A stretch of 64,000 nt of DNA from Chrysomallon squamiferum (Eukaryota > Animalia > Mollusca). Shown in pieces: positions 15,426 through 30,612 of the stretch. The notes under the pieces were generated by a model. That model was not told where the DNA came from. It saw only the letters and a list, made by a program, of their open reading frames with translations, and did not search any database. Numbering within the stretch: position 1 is the first letter of the stretch; each line of letters opens with the position of its first letter. The stretch spans positions 15,004,001 to 15,068,000 of the forward strand of contig CM022668.1 in the NCBI GenBank assembly GCA_012295275.1, given 5' to 3'. A program made the position numbers and the translations under genes.

Positions 15426-15846
15426 AAGGTGGCGTTACGAGTTAATTACCTGTCTGAATCGGGTATATTTCACTCAGAGGTGAAGAATAAAACACCGTGA
15501 TGTATGGCAGAGTTGATTTCATGTATCTGACTTGTTAATGGCAGACAGAGAGAAGCAGGATGTACAGAGGCAGAGGCGGAGAGAGAGAGGGGGGTGGTAA
15601 AGAGTTGCTCCTTAGTTTTACTTCAGTGAGTAAAATACAGCAATAAAACAACAGCAACAACAACAACAACAAAAAAAAACCACGCCCCTACCCACGCCCC
15701 AAAGAAGGAAAAAAAAAAAAAGCAAAACAAAAGAAACACAAAAAAACCAACAACAAATCAATCAAAAACGAAAGAAAAAACCCTCGAAAAAACCTCCAGA
15801 ACCCAACAGTAAAAGAACAAAAATGATAGATAGATAGGATAGATAT

Positions 15847-15914
<68 letters not shown>

Positions 15915-16629
15915 ATAATAATAATAATAATAAAAGACAAGTAAAAAGTACATGAAATGTAAATAAAAGTTATGATGATTATTTGTATTTCAAGTTACTT
16001 TTCTACTGAACAACTGATTTACCTCGAAGCCTCAGATGAACTTTTATTCCTCTAAGGCCACTCACCTTTGATGTTATTTTGTATCTCAAATACATTAAAA
16101 ACAAAAACAACCAAAAAGTAGCAGAAACGGAAACAAATAAATAAAAATACCAATTATCAAGCACAAATTTTAACGAAGAAACAAGAACAAACAGACGCTA
16201 AATAAACCAACAAACAAACGGACAAAAAGTTTAATGAACAAGATACACAGAAAATAAACAGGAAAAGAGACTACACACAAACAAACAAACAAACAAAGGA
16301 ACAGACAAAACGTTTAACGGACGATATGAACAGAATGAAAACAGGACCGAAGCAGTCAGTAAACAAACGGGAAAGCAGACAGACAAATAAATAAACAAAA
16401 AACAGACGATAAAACGCAGAATGCCAGAAATCAGAAATCGCGAAGAAGCGAAAATTCTCAGACGCTGGCGTTGATGTTTTTGATACGTGTCATCGTTCGA
16501 ACAAGAAGCTGTCAGGATGTGAAGTTCACATGTTATAAAACACGTCTGCAACTTGACCAAACGCCAACGAAAACAAAAACAAATTTTTTGTTTGAAATCT
16601 ACACCTGGGAAGAGAAACTAACAACAGGT

Positions 16630-17115
16630 GCACGTATTCCAAGATGGCGGATTTCAATTTCTTTTTTTTTTTTTTTTTTTCATTTTTTATTTTTTTTCCC
16701 CGTTTCCAACGAGCAGGCATATTTGATTTCATAACATGCAAATCAGACATAATGTTTTTTTTTTTTTTTTCAAAGTTAACAGCATTCCAACTGGCATAAC
16801 ACTAACTTTTGTTTCCAAAGAAACAGTCATTTTATTTCAAAATATGCGATTCATACCTAATCGACTTCCTGTTAACTGAATTATGCAGAAAAACAAAAAA
16901 AAAATCGACATTTGTTTTTATTTTGTAACCTGCATCTTGTAAGTAGTCAGCTTCAAACGGCACTGCATTCCAACATGGTGAAAATATTCTTTATTTTACT
17001 AGACAGATTATATTTAATTTCATACATGCAGTTCATAATTAGTCGACTTCAAAGATAAACTGCATTCCAAGACAGAAAAGATAATCTTTTTGTTTTTCAA
17101 CAAGATCGCTTCATT
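16630..17115. repeat. Degenerate repeat with (C)ATTCCAA core
   Basis: TATTCCAAGATGG, GCATTCCAACTGG, CTGCATTCCAACATGG and CTGCATTCCAAGACAG recur. (G)TCGACTTC-like starts occur near 16860, 16947 and 17042. Confidence 0.5.
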
Positions 17116-17869
17116 TGATTTTAAAACATGTATTTAATAATGAAGTGACGTCAGTATTACTTTGTTTGTCAGAAATTTTTACAAATAATTTTCATTGCCC
17201 AGTTATTAGCATTTGTACCTTAGAACTTAAAAAAAATAGGTTTTCTTGTGTGTTTATTAGTTTATTTATTTACTTGTTTGTTGTTTTAGACTTTGTTTAT
17301 ATATTTATCTGTTTATCATTCATTTGCTTATTTAGTCACGTGTGCGTGTTGTATACTTACTTATGTGTGCGTGTATATACTTTTATTTGATGCTATTTCA
17401 TTTCATAACATATAACACAGACTTATCGCCTCCAAAGATAGCCACATTTCGAAATGGCGTATTTGACTGTTTTTTTTTTTTTTTACACACACACACACAC
17501 ACAAACACGTACACACGCACACACACACACATATACAGAAATATTTTATATCCAAACATTCAACATCCCTCAGACGTCTGCAAAGTTAACGTCATTCCAA
17601 GATGGCTGACATTTGTTTTGTTCGTTACTATTATTATGATGATGATGATATCTCATTGGTCAGTAGAAAATGACGCAGTATTTGTGAAAACGTATGATGT
17701 AATGTGTCAGAAAGCGTATGACAGCAGAGTTGGTGAAAAATAATAAGATATTTATAAAAGATCACAACAAATTGTTAATATTTTACAGTTAACAGAATTG
17801 TTGCCTTGATTTTAATTTTAATTCTGCGTGTGAATTGTTATATATTGAAGTGAATACGTCTGTTTTTAC

Positions 17870-17995
<126 letters not shown>

Positions 17996-18834
17996 ACCAT
18001 CTCTTTCAAATTTTTGTTTACAGTTCTTTTACTTTTTTTCTCCCAATTCATTACATTTTCAATTTATTTTTTTATAACTTTTTTTTTTTTTTTTTTTTTT
18101 TTTTCAATCAATTTACAACTTTTCACTTCTAGAAAATAATTTCCCGGTCTCCAATGTTTTTCAGTAATTACAATTCACGTGTTGTCGTGGTGTAGATAAC
18201 TGTGTTAAAATATGTCTGCTGATGACGGGTAGGAAATTTGCTTTCACCTACACGCGGCCAAAAGTACTGGTGTGTGTTCTTGAGTTGTTCTAGTTTTTAT
18301 TCAGGCTGGAAGAAAACTGACAGGGGCGGTTCCATTACTGTCATAGAGGTGTGTGTGTGTGTGTGGGGTGAGGCTGTCGGAAAGAATTATTTGGTTTTGT
18401 ATTTATGAGATAATTTTTGTTGTTATTAAAGAGATTTATTAACAGTCAGAGGATCAAACTCAGTTTTGGGAATATATGGATGTAGACCCGTTTGCAGTTG
18501 ATTTTTTTTATTTGTTTGTGTGTTTGTGTGTGTGTGTGTTTACGAAATTTTTTGTCACTGTCATTTCGTGTTTTTGTTCCTATTAAGTTAAATAATAATT
18601 AAAAAATCTAAAAAAGCTAACAGAACAAAAGAAAAATAAAAATAAAAAATAAAAATAAAATGAATTTAAAATGAAAAAATAAAAAATAATAATAATATTA
18701 AAAAATAAAAAATGAATGAATGAATGAATGAATAGAAAAAACGTTTCTCTAATAATTGATATACAACGAGGCAGCAAACAATATTTGCAACAATAAACAT
18801 AATTATACATCATTACAGACAGACTTACAGAAAT

Positions 18835-18876
<42 letters not shown>

Positions 18877-19522
18877 CACACACTCTCTCACACACACATA
18901 CAAATTTCCATAATACCTACATACCTATGCATCTACGAATAATTTATACAACTTTTAAAATCAGTTTATTAACACAAACTCATTTCCCCACCTCACTCTG
19001 TACAACCACCAACAGAGAGAAAGTGTCAGAGATAAAAAAAAAAAAAAAAAAAAAAAAAATGAAGGGTCACTGATAACATATCTTACGTTTCAATTATACG
19101 TCATTCGTGTTCACGCGTGACCGAGAGTTTACCGATACTGGCGGGTTTACTGACACGTTATCACGTTTATGAAATATGACTTCACGTCACGTCTTCAGTT
19201 GTCAGCTTTCACTGAGCTTATTTCGTCTGCTTATCACATCAGGTCTGAGGAAAGGTTTAAACGGTTGATGTCACTTAGTTTTATTTGTTTTTCATTTCTT
19301 TGCCTGTGTTTAATTTCTTTAATTGTTTATTTATATATTTGTGTATTATTTAGTTTGTTTATTTGTTTGGTAATTTTATTTTTTATTTTTTTAAATTTTA
19401 TTTTAAATTTTAATTTAATTTTATTTTATTTTATTTTATTTCATTTCGTTTCGTTTCGTTTCATTTCGTTTCGTTTTATTTTTATTTTATTTAATTATTT
19501 ATTTATTTATTTATTTATTTTG

Positions 19523-19553
<31 letters not shown>

Positions 19554-20171
19554 TTGTTTCCTTACTTATGTATTTGTTTCTTTAATTTTGTTTGTTGCTT
19601 TCATTTTTCGTTCATTCATATTTCATTTTCTTTCAGTTCTTTTAACGTTCTATATTCATTTGCTTTATTTATTTGTTAACTTATTTGTCGTTTGTTTCTT
19701 TGACAGTATATTTATTTTTATTTTTTTTTTATTTTATTTTATTTTATTTTATTTTATTTTATTTCATTTCATTTCATTTTATGTTATTTTATTTGTGTTC
19801 TGAGTAAGTATCTTTGTTCCTTTTCACTATATTTTGTTCTTTTTCATTTTCTTGTATTTTGTTAGTACTTTGGCGTGCGGGAAAGCAGACTAGTTAATTG
19901 TTTACAAATACCATTGCCACCTGTTGTAGCTTGTTTGCTTTTGGTTATTATATGCCAAGAACTTGCTATAACATAAATAAAACTGGCAATGTTATTCCAC
20001 AGTATATTGCTTCACTTACAAGACATAAAGTAAATAGAGTTTATCATACATCTGGCTTGAGTTAGGTAGGTGGTAGAGAGAGAGAGAGAGAGAGAGTATA
20101 TCTGTGTCTGTGTAGGTATGTAGGTACACATGTGTTTGTATGTTTGTTTCTCTGTGTGTATCTGTGTGTGT

Positions 20172-20400
<229 letters not shown>

Positions 20401-20934
20401 ATAGAACATAGAAAGACATACAGATGGAGAAAAGTAAAATTACCTGGAATGGACAACACACAGTGTAAAGAGGCAACAAATAAAAACAATACTTAAAATC
20501 TATGACAAAACTGTCGACAGTGAGAAATGTAATTACTATTTCTAATCTTGACTTACCCCAGTATGAGCTCCTTGTTGTACTCAGAGAAAGGTTAGCATTA
20601 AAACCGTTCACTGCATCTTTAAATTACCATTCCTCTGCTTACTGTTTTCATGTGCGTTCTACGCGAGCTATGACTTGACGTCATTTCATTGTCGGGTGAC
20701 GTAGTAACCGCGAATTAGTTCCGACGTCAGAAAAAGACGAAATTCGTAAACGTAGCGAAACTCATGCGATAGAGATGAAACCCGCTCCTTGTTATTTTTA
20801 ACGGACGGACAAATTAGATGAGTAGTTTTAATTTGTTTATAACATTAAATATGTTTCTAAAATACAGTTCTGGTGAATTATTATTTTAAAAAATACGTCT
20901 ATGCAACATGATTGGGCGCATTAGGTCTGATTGT

Positions 20935-20951
20935 ATACATACATACACACA

Positions 20952-20999
<48 letters not shown>

Positions 21000-21161
21000 T
21001 ATCTGTATCCATATATCTCTCTGTCTATGTATCGCTTTATTTATCTATGAATGTACCAGTCAGTCTATCTATCTATCTATCTGTCTGTCTGTCTCTCTGT
21101 CTGTCTGTCTGCCTATCTGTCTGTCTGTCTGTCTATCTATCTCTATGTCTCTATGTCTCTA

Positions 21162-21198
<37 letters not shown>

Positions 21199-21232
21199 CT
21201 ATATCTGTCTGTCTGTCTGTCTATCTATCTAT
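20935..21232. repeat. (CA)n plus (TCTA/TCTG)n compound microsatellite
   Basis: Direct reading. Confidence 0.92.
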
Positions 21233-21742
21233 AGAAACACAAACACACATACATACAATAAACAAACATACATACATATATAAACATAAGAATAAGTACA
21301 TAGTCACATATCTTAAATACCACTAACACACAAACTCATCCTTTTCTGAACAAAGAGAATGAGTAAACAGTAAGTTTACAAATCAATTACAAAAACATGG
21401 AAAATAACGCGCACACAACAACAACAATATCTCCTGGAAAATTACTTGGAGAGGCCACCTGATGCTCTCTTCTGAAACTAATGTAGCTGTCAGTGAGTCT
21501 GGGTAACCAACAACTCAAAACTCGTGACAGACTCATGCAAAGGTGTCGACTTCTTGATTAATCTGGGAATTGGGAAGCGGTTTAAACGACAGGAGAGAAG
21601 TTGGGTGTCTGGGAAGTTTTGTTGAGAAGAGACAGTTAGGTGTCAGAAAGTTGCGGTGGGTTTTGAAAGCAGGCTGAAAGAAAACCGTGGTCAGAGAAAG
21701 ATAAACAAAAAAGTTTTGACGTTTCTCCTGAAATTGTGTTTT

Positions 21743-21790
<48 letters not shown>

Positions 21791-21858
21791 GTTACTTAGT
21801 TTTGTTTGTTTGTTTGTTTATTTATTTATTTGTTTGTTTATTTATTTATTTGTTTCAT

Positions 21859-21905
<47 letters not shown>

Positions 21906-22712
21906 TGTATGTATTTATTTATATTTATTGCGAAGGAGTACAGTTGTAGCGGGCTGGGTTATAGAACATTTATTTGTATGCTATAACTTCATAATTCGTA
22001 TATTTAAAGATATTAATAAATCACGCACTGTTAAATAAACATATACACATACACACATAAAACGCACATACAATCTGAAAGCACTACTGAAAAAGTATCA
22101 TGCCACAAACAGACAAACGGATTAACGAGTTAGCGAGACAAAAATATAACTGAATGAATAATGTAAAATCACTACTGAATCGAAAAGAGGAACTGTTTTA
22201 AAATCTGCATCTATGTAAAATTCATGAATATTTTATTTTATTTTTTTACCTTTTACCTGTATAAATGAATATTTGTTATCGACAGACGTTTTGTCTGTAA
22301 AAGATGACGATTTCGAGACATTACAAAGCTTTCTGTATTAATGTTTTTATTACAAATGTGGGGTTTGATACTCGGGTAAGTCGTTAAGAATATAAATCAC
22401 GCAATATGTCATTATTTTTTTTTTATGAATATGTATTTTTTATTATTATTATTTATTCCACGATCCATGAAAGCGAAAACGCACACGAAATATTCTAGTA
22501 TGAAAATAGAAAATGACGTAAGATGAATGAACAGCAATAAAATGAATGTTTGAGAAAATATCAAAACATTTGATTATCTACTGATTATTAGACGTGTTTT
22601 CTTGTGCAATGCTAATAAGATATATTAAAATAATAATATATATATAAAAAAAATAACAAAAAAAAATAATAATAATAATTAAAATAAAAAAAAAAAAAAA
22701 AAATAAAAATAA

Positions 22713-22746
<34 letters not shown>

Positions 22747-22771
22747 AAACGCTGAAATCATTTTACGGATA

Positions 22772-22961
22772 CCTTAATCTATTAGCAAGAAGTTATAATT
22801 TACTTTTACCCTCCCCTGGGCAGGAAAACACACACCGCAGCCTTTACATTAATCCAACTGTACGGCGACCGCACGAAATAAATCAATAAGCGACCTGCGG
22901 AGGGTGGAACCTGCGACACAGCACGTCTCCAGTCAGCTCTTTAATCACTCAGACACACCCC
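22772..22961 (-). mobile_element. Decayed tRNA-derived SINE with conserved central (V-domain-like) segment
   Basis: The minus strand has an A-box-like TGTCTGAGTGATTAAAG and a B-box-like GCAGGTTCCACCCTCCGC. These are followed by AAAGGCTGCGGTGTGTGTTTTCCTGCCCCAGGGGAGGGT...CTTCTTGCTAATAG, which resembles, from memory, the AAAGGCCGTGGTATGTGCTATCCTG...CTTGCTGCTAAT core of metazoan/molluscan V-type SINEs. Confidence 0.6.
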
Positions 22962-24182
22962 ACTGCAACAACAACAACAACAAAACAAACAAACAAACAA
23001 ATAAAACACACACAAAAAATAAAAAATAAAAGTGTTCAAACATCTTCATTCTGAACCCCGGCACCACCTGCGGAGAGAGACAACACGTTGTAAATTAATT
23101 AACTTTCTTTGATGCTGCTTTTCCCTTGTTACTCGAACCGGAATAACGAGTGCACACAGTTCTGTACTATTCAGTCTGCTTTTTAAGCCCAGAATCGAAG
23201 AATATTTTCTTGATCAATAATTCTTCTCTCAATCTATTAAAACAAAAATCGTTTCGTTTCGTTTCGTTTCCCCCCCCAACCAAACAGCTGGACACCTTTG
23301 CTGGACAATTACCGTCTCAGCGAGATTGTCCGGTTTTTAGACACGATCCTCTGTGGGTGTGATTTTGTTTTTTTGATAAAAAAAGCAAGGGGGGTCGAGC
23401 TGGTTAATGACTTCGTTTTCGTCTTGATTGTAAATGTGAGGAGGTCGTGTTTTGGTCGTAGAGTTAGTAAGTGACGTTTAGTAATCTATAAGGTTTAAAT
23501 TCCGATATCTTTAGCATGAAGGTTGATTTTTAAATGTTTTTTGCTGTTTTGTTATTAGTTTTAAAGGTATTTGATAGTAGAGCGATGAAAAGATGTATGT
23601 CTGATTTACAAGACAACATGGCACATAAAAAAAAAAAAAAAAAAAAAAAAAATTAGGTCCCCTCAAAAATAACAACAACAACAACAACAACAACAAAGAG
23701 CAATAACCCCCTAAAAAAAAAAAAAAAAAAAAAAATTTTATCCTTGCAGGAAATGGAAAATAGTTTTTTTTTTTTTTTTTTTTTCTGTTTTTCTGTCTCG
23801 GTGCAAACATGGTAAATGCTGTTATTTTACACTGCGGTTGTTTTGTTTCGCTACAAGATCAAAGGAAAACAGTCTCAGGTAAGAATGCTGTTTATCGTTT
23901 ACCTGTTACACTTTTCCGACAAGTGATTACAGGAAAACGCGGTTTCGGATTGCACAATTTGAACAAAACAAGCCTGTGTGTGTGTGTGTGTGTCTGTCTG
24001 TCTGTCTGTCTGTCTGTGATGACGTTACGTGCAGGAAGTCGGTGTCGGTTGCTGCTGACGTTGTTCCAAAGATAGGCCGTGGAGTTGTTGACCTACTGCA
24101 CTCTAAGAGCTTGAGTACAAACAGGTCATCCTGGCTGAAAATACTCGTAAAACAAATACCACTGTTCCTGCTACAAAACTGT

Positions 24183-24545
24183 TACTAACTACTGCTACTA
24201 CTACTACACTACTACTACTACTACTACAACACTACTACTACTACACTACTAGTTCTACTACTACTGCTACTACTACTACTACTACAACAACTACAACAAC
24301 AACTACGACTACTACTACTACTAGTTATGCTGCTACTACTACTACTATTTCTACAACAACTACTACTACTACCACTACAACAACAACAACTACTACTACT
24401 ACTTCTACTACTACTACTGTTGCTGCTACTACTACTTCTACTACTACTACTGCTGCTGCTGGTAGTATTACTACTATTTCTACAACAACTACTACTACTA
24501 CTTCTACTACTGGTACTACTACTATAACTACTACTACTACTACTG

Positions 24546-24578
<33 letters not shown>

Positions 24579-24690
24579 TTACTACTATTGCTGCTACTAC
24601 TACTACTATTGCCACTGCTACTCCTACCATTGCTGCTACAACTATTATATTGTTATTAGTATTATTACTGCAACAAAACAACAACAAATA
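24183..24690. repeat. Long degenerate (CTA)n tract with internal duplication
   Basis: About 500 bp of CTA/CAA/CTG triplets. The word CTACTATTTCTACAACAACTACTACTAC occurs twice (near 24342 and 24471). Confidence 0.93.
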
Positions 24691-25224
24691 TTAACTTGGT
24701 AAGAATGTTTATATCCCTCTCTAGAAAGCTTTTCGGTGTGAACTTACAATTACCTACACAGGGTCTGCTATTACTACAACGACAACAACAGTAACAACGA
24801 CAACTACCGCTATTACTTGCCGCTAATACTACTAATTTCTACTATTACTACTGCTACTGCTATTGCTGCTACCATCACCACCATCACAACAGCTACAGCA
24901 ACAACTATTGCTGCGACTATCCACTACTATCATTTTAATATTACTATTACTACTAGTACCAGTATCATTAATGTTTCTTTTACTATTAGAACTAGTATAA
25001 TTACTATTTCTATTATTGTTACTATTTTATTACTATTAAAAAAGTTTGTTTATTTTAATCTAATCTTGTTTTTAGATACTGAAGACACCATGCTTGTAGT
25101 GTTGTCATTGTCACGAATGAAAATTGTTTTATTAGAAAACAAATCGCTACTTATTTAATGTTCAAATATGAAACAATTTAATTCAACTCAGTCTATCCTA
25201 TCAGCTGGCGTTAATTAACATTAT

Positions 25225-25550
25225 AACCACTGGAAAATGATTTACTACAATGTACCCTACGTGGGATGCGGAAGTCACTATATTATTTCGTATCAACTTG
25301 TAGTATAAGCTTTATCTCAGATGGAAAATGATTTAATACGAGGCAACCTACACACGTCCTCTTCAAATGATATCATTTAACGTTATCACTAATAGAAAAT
25401 GATTTACTGTAAGATAACCCCTGGTTGTGTTAAAATTATCGCGAATGAGAAATAATTTATTATACGGTAACCCCTGCGGGAAAGAAAATCACTGTATCGG
25501 TAGCATTAAAAGACATTATAATCACAAATAAGAAATGATTTACTGTTTAT
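25225..25550. repeat. Degenerate minisatellite with GAAAATGATTTACT...AACCC core (5 units)
   Basis: Cores near 25233, 25324, 25395, 25449 and 25532. Confidence 0.6.
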
Positions 25551-25775
25551 CCGCTGAGATTTCTTAGACATAGAGCCGAAATACATTAAATGAAATGCTT
25601 TTGCCTTGGATATGAAATTAATGACATAATTTCTTTCTTTCTTTTTTTTTTTTTTTTTTTTTTAATAAATGAGATTATATTAAGCAGGCAATGATGATGA
25701 CAGCCATATCGATCACGTGACAAGAACAGTAAAAACAGCAACAGCAGTAGCAGCAGCATAAACAACAACAGTAGC

Positions 25776-25830
<55 letters not shown>

Positions 25831-26679
25831 GCAACAGTGCTATACAGGAAGCAATATTTAACAAATACAAGAGCATTAACAGAAGTACTAGTAATAACAG
25901 TATTGCCGTATTACCGTCGTAGTTGCTTGCATTAATAGTGCTAGCAGCAGCTGCAGCAGTACCAACAGGCTACATCACTTAAAGCGGTAGTTCTGGTTGT
26001 TGTCCTAAAACAAGAGATACTTAGATAAATATTTACTTGCAATTATCGACATTGTAGGCCGAGCGAGTACGGAAATAACCGAGCGAGGACACAAAACAGC
26101 GTTTCTGATGAACATCACAGCAGTCGCGATGAAAGAAGCTGGAAATCTTATGGAGAAACAGTTGCACGTGTTATTTGTGCAGCAAATGCATAATTTACAG
26201 CCGTGTACGTGCAGTTGGTTTATTTATTTACGAAGCTGTTGTTGACAGCAATCTGGCAGCGCGGCCTTCCCATAAATCGTCCTGGTCTATTACAAATATC
26301 TTGTCTGAATCGAGTAGAAAGAATGCATCGTCTTTGGTGGCGGTGCTGCTGTTGCTGTTGTGACGTCAGAGGTTGATGGATCGAATCCAGCCTCTCTGAT
26401 AAAGTCGCGAGTGTTTGCTTTGCGGAGGTTTTTTCTCACGTAATTAATGTGGTTTTTTTTTTGTAGCATACCGGATCATTGTAATAATTCACTGCATTCT
26501 GATATCACACGGTTCGGTGGATTATGTGTCCAAGACAGGCGTGCTTTGCAAAAGTTTTGAAATATTAGAACTGTAAGATTTCCCCATGACTTAAGAAAAG
26601 CTGTATATATATATAAAAAAAAAAAGTAATAAGTCAAATGCATATATAGAAACAAAAATACATGCAAACAATACATACA

Positions 26680-26710
<31 letters not shown>

Positions 26711-28016
26711 TTCTATCTCCATAGTACGAATGTATTATTTCCTGTAAATAATTATGTATCTATATAATCTACGTATATAATATATATATATACACACACA
26801 CATTCACACACACTTTTGCCGTTATTATTTAACATCATGACCATCACTGTAAATAATTTAAATCAACGGAGAACGTTCAGTAGATCTTGATAAAAGTAAA
26901 AAACAAAACACACAAAATTATTAAATATCACATCTGAATCTGCAACTGTCATCACCTCCGTGACTCAGTAAATAATTAATTTTGCTGAACAAATTAAAGT
27001 TATTATCTCACAAGGTTTACTGAAATAGAATCAAAAACTAAAGATCAGAGAGGTGTAATCAATACTCTATCTTGCGCTCGTTCTAGCGAAAGTTATTAAT
27101 GTTTGCGTAAAAAGAAGAAAGCGAAGAAGTCAATTTTTAAGGTTTTGGTTAAGGAAAACGAAGAAGGTAATTTGTCCGAGTTTCGAGTGAAAAACGAGAA
27201 TGACTGAATAAAATAAATAACTTTAAAAAAATAGGAGAAAAAAAGAGAAAGAGATAAAAATATCTAAACATCGAATATGATTAAAAAAAAAAAAAAATAA
27301 TAAAAAAAAAATGTCGGACACTGAATATATAAATACTTATATATATATATATATAACATTAACAACAACAATAATAATAATAATAACACTACTACTAAAA
27401 CAACAACAACAATAACGATAATACTAACAACACTGCTGCTACTATTATTAATAACAACAACAACAAAAAAAAAAAAAAAAAAAAAAAGTTAACGAAATCT
27501 CTGTTAAAACAGTGACCTTGACCAGCAAGAGTAGACTAATTATTTGCAGGTGTTTCGCTTAGTTAATTGCGAAACCAGTCTATCCAAGATGGCTGACGGA
27601 AAACAACAGGTGATTTCTCGTAAGAAATAATTATTTGGCCGCCAAATTAGAGTTTTAAGTATCTTAACGTGGAGATAATTGTGACGAAGACATCCACTTT
27701 GAGATCGGAAACCACGAGGTCGATAACACAAATCTCAAGTAGTTTTGATGAAGAGTTTCGCCCTGATTTTTATTTACCTCATATTTCAGTTACTTGGTAA
27801 CGTAAGTTTCAGGTCATCATTTTTATCAAGTTAAGTGGGAAAGTGTAAACACACAGACATGCAAAAACACACATATATATATATACACGCCATACTTTCT
27901 ATATATAATTTATATTTATAATTAAAAGATACGGAGAATATGTATTCTATATATATATATATAGATAGATAGATATAGATATACAGAAATATGTAGTGAG
28001 TGAATATGATATAAAT

Positions 28017-28099
<83 letters not shown>

Positions 28100-30563
28100 T
28101 ATGTGTAAGAAAAAGATACGGAGAATATTTCATAACTGAACATTGCCTGTGAAAATCTCGACAGAACATCGTGTTTCCAAGACTCTTACCAGTTTCAAAG
28201 TAACTCAGAATAATTAATGAATAAAAAACAATTGTCTTCTCTCGTTTTATTTACAAATAGAAAGTGTTAATTACCCCTTTTTTATTATTTCTTCTATTTT
28301 TTTCTTTCTTATCTGAACTTTTTTTTTCTACTTCACTGAAGTTTAGTTTTATACTTTCTTTCTCCACAGCTTTTCTTTTTTTTTTTTTTTTTTTTTTTTT
28401 TGTTCTTTTCTCTCTTCATTATTTCAAATCCTCTCGCTTTCTTCAGTGTTTGTTTTTTGCCTCCGTAACCATGGCAACCACGCCGGAGTAGACCACTTGT
28501 CTCGTTAAGTATCTGCTTCAAAATCAGAAGTACAAGAGCAGACACACACACACACACACACATACATATATGTGTTTTTTTTTTTTTTTTTTTACCCTCT
28601 CTTTCTGGTGCGCAGGTTGTTTGGAGGAAATAAAAAGCAAATAATAACAGACGTGGAAATGAGCTATTCTTGTAACGCTTCGGTGCACATCCGATGGCGT
28701 AAGCATTTATACGAGGCCAGAAATAGAGACAGAGAGAGGGCTTCAAGATGAAGAGTTCAAGACAGTATCAAGGAGAAAACCACTTTATTCTATATGCGGC
28801 GTAATTTTGTTTTTTTTCTTCTCAGTTTTAAACAGTACCTGGTCTTGTCGATACTGTATTTTTACTTTTTTATATTTTTGGCTGCAGTTACTATTATTAT
28901 GCAACAACTACTACAGCAACTGCCTCTGCTGCTACTGCTGTTGTTGCTGCTACTACTACTGCAAAAGAATAAACAAAGAAATATACAACTAAATAAACAA
29001 ACAAGCAAATAAACAATCTACAAACATGGTGCAGTTATTTCTGCTTCTGCTACTACTGCAGTTATTTCTGCTACTACTTTTACTGCTGCTAATACAATTA
29101 CCAGTACTACTTGTATCTGCTTGTACCATTACTGCATTTACTGATATTACCATTTCTGTAATTACATGTTACTACTTCTTCTGTTTTTACTACTACATTT
29201 ATGACTACTATTTCTATAAGTATTACTACCTTTACTACAACTACTACTACTATTGATGCTATTACTATTGTTACTACTTCTGGTATTGCCACAATACTAC
29301 AACAGCTAGAACGTATGGTACTACTCTGTTATTATTGTTATTTGTATTGTTGTTGTTGTAGACACCAACCACACCACCAACAACAATAACGACAACTACA
29401 ACAATGATAATAATAACAATAACACATCCTCAAAATGATTTGAGTTGCAGTTTGTTGTTGAGTGAAATAATGATTCCTAATTCGATGATTTTTTTTTGCC
29501 CTGCACTGTAATCTTTTAAATCTGGAATAGTTTATTTAACGATAACGAATGATAAAAAAAAAAAAAAAAAAAAAAAAAAATAAAAATAAAGACTTAACTG
29601 AGCGCCGCCATTTTTTTTTTTTTTTTTTTTTCCATCGTGACGTAATCGTCATAATTGACGTAAAAAAGCGAAACGATTTTCTCTGAAGTTTCTTTTAATG
29701 TCAGAAAAAAAAAACGAAAAAAACAAATCTTACTGAAATACAGCTATTTGAAAATGCATTACAAACTTCTGTTGCTGATACACACAACGTCTGCACAAGA
29801 CTTCAGAAAAGATCAACGTCAGCGCTGACGACGTCGAAAACAAATCAGTTTGGTTCACAACAGCTTCCTTGTCGAAGCAGAGAAAAACATTTCGCTGCAG
29901 ACCACCTGACTTTGATTTCACGCTTCAGTGGTTCTGGAGTTGAAAACAGAAACCCAATGAACGTCACGCCATCTGCCTTTGTGATTCTTAGTCGTTTATA
30001 AAAATAAATCAGAAATCAACTGATAGTTTCCGGAGAAAAAGAAGATTATTATTATTAGTTTTTTTTTTTTTTTTTTACCTGTAGAGTTTTTTTTTTAGAA
30101 CTTGGGAGGCATTTGGAGATATTCCAGATCTTGTTTCAGAAATGACCGATTGCGAAAGTTATAACAGAAAATAAAATTTTAGAAATTTGTTTTTAAAAAA
30201 ACTGAACGAGCATTTAAACTAATTGTATAATACATTAGGAATTACTGCTGAAATCCAGAAAGTTTTAGAAACAAATTATGAATTAATATAACTTATTGCA
30301 TAATACGTTGGAAATTGCTGCTTATTTTAGAAAGTTAACTGAATGTTATTGTATCAAAATATAGAAGGGTTCGGTTGGTAAACTGTATATATAAAAAGAC
30401 GGTTTGCTTTTAAAGCTAACAGGTGACTGATTTAAGAACTATGGCTTAGCTCTGTTCTGAAATACCAAATTGTCTAAACAGAGAAAGAGAGAGAGACAGA
30501 GACAGACAGACAGACTACAGACATTGCATACACAGTTATATATAGTAATCTCTAAATCTCGAA

Positions 30564-30612
<49 letters not shown>

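Noticed and set aside
22890-22961. tRNA gene
   Set aside because: The A and B boxes are degenerate, I could not build a cloverleaf, and a SINE-like core follows.
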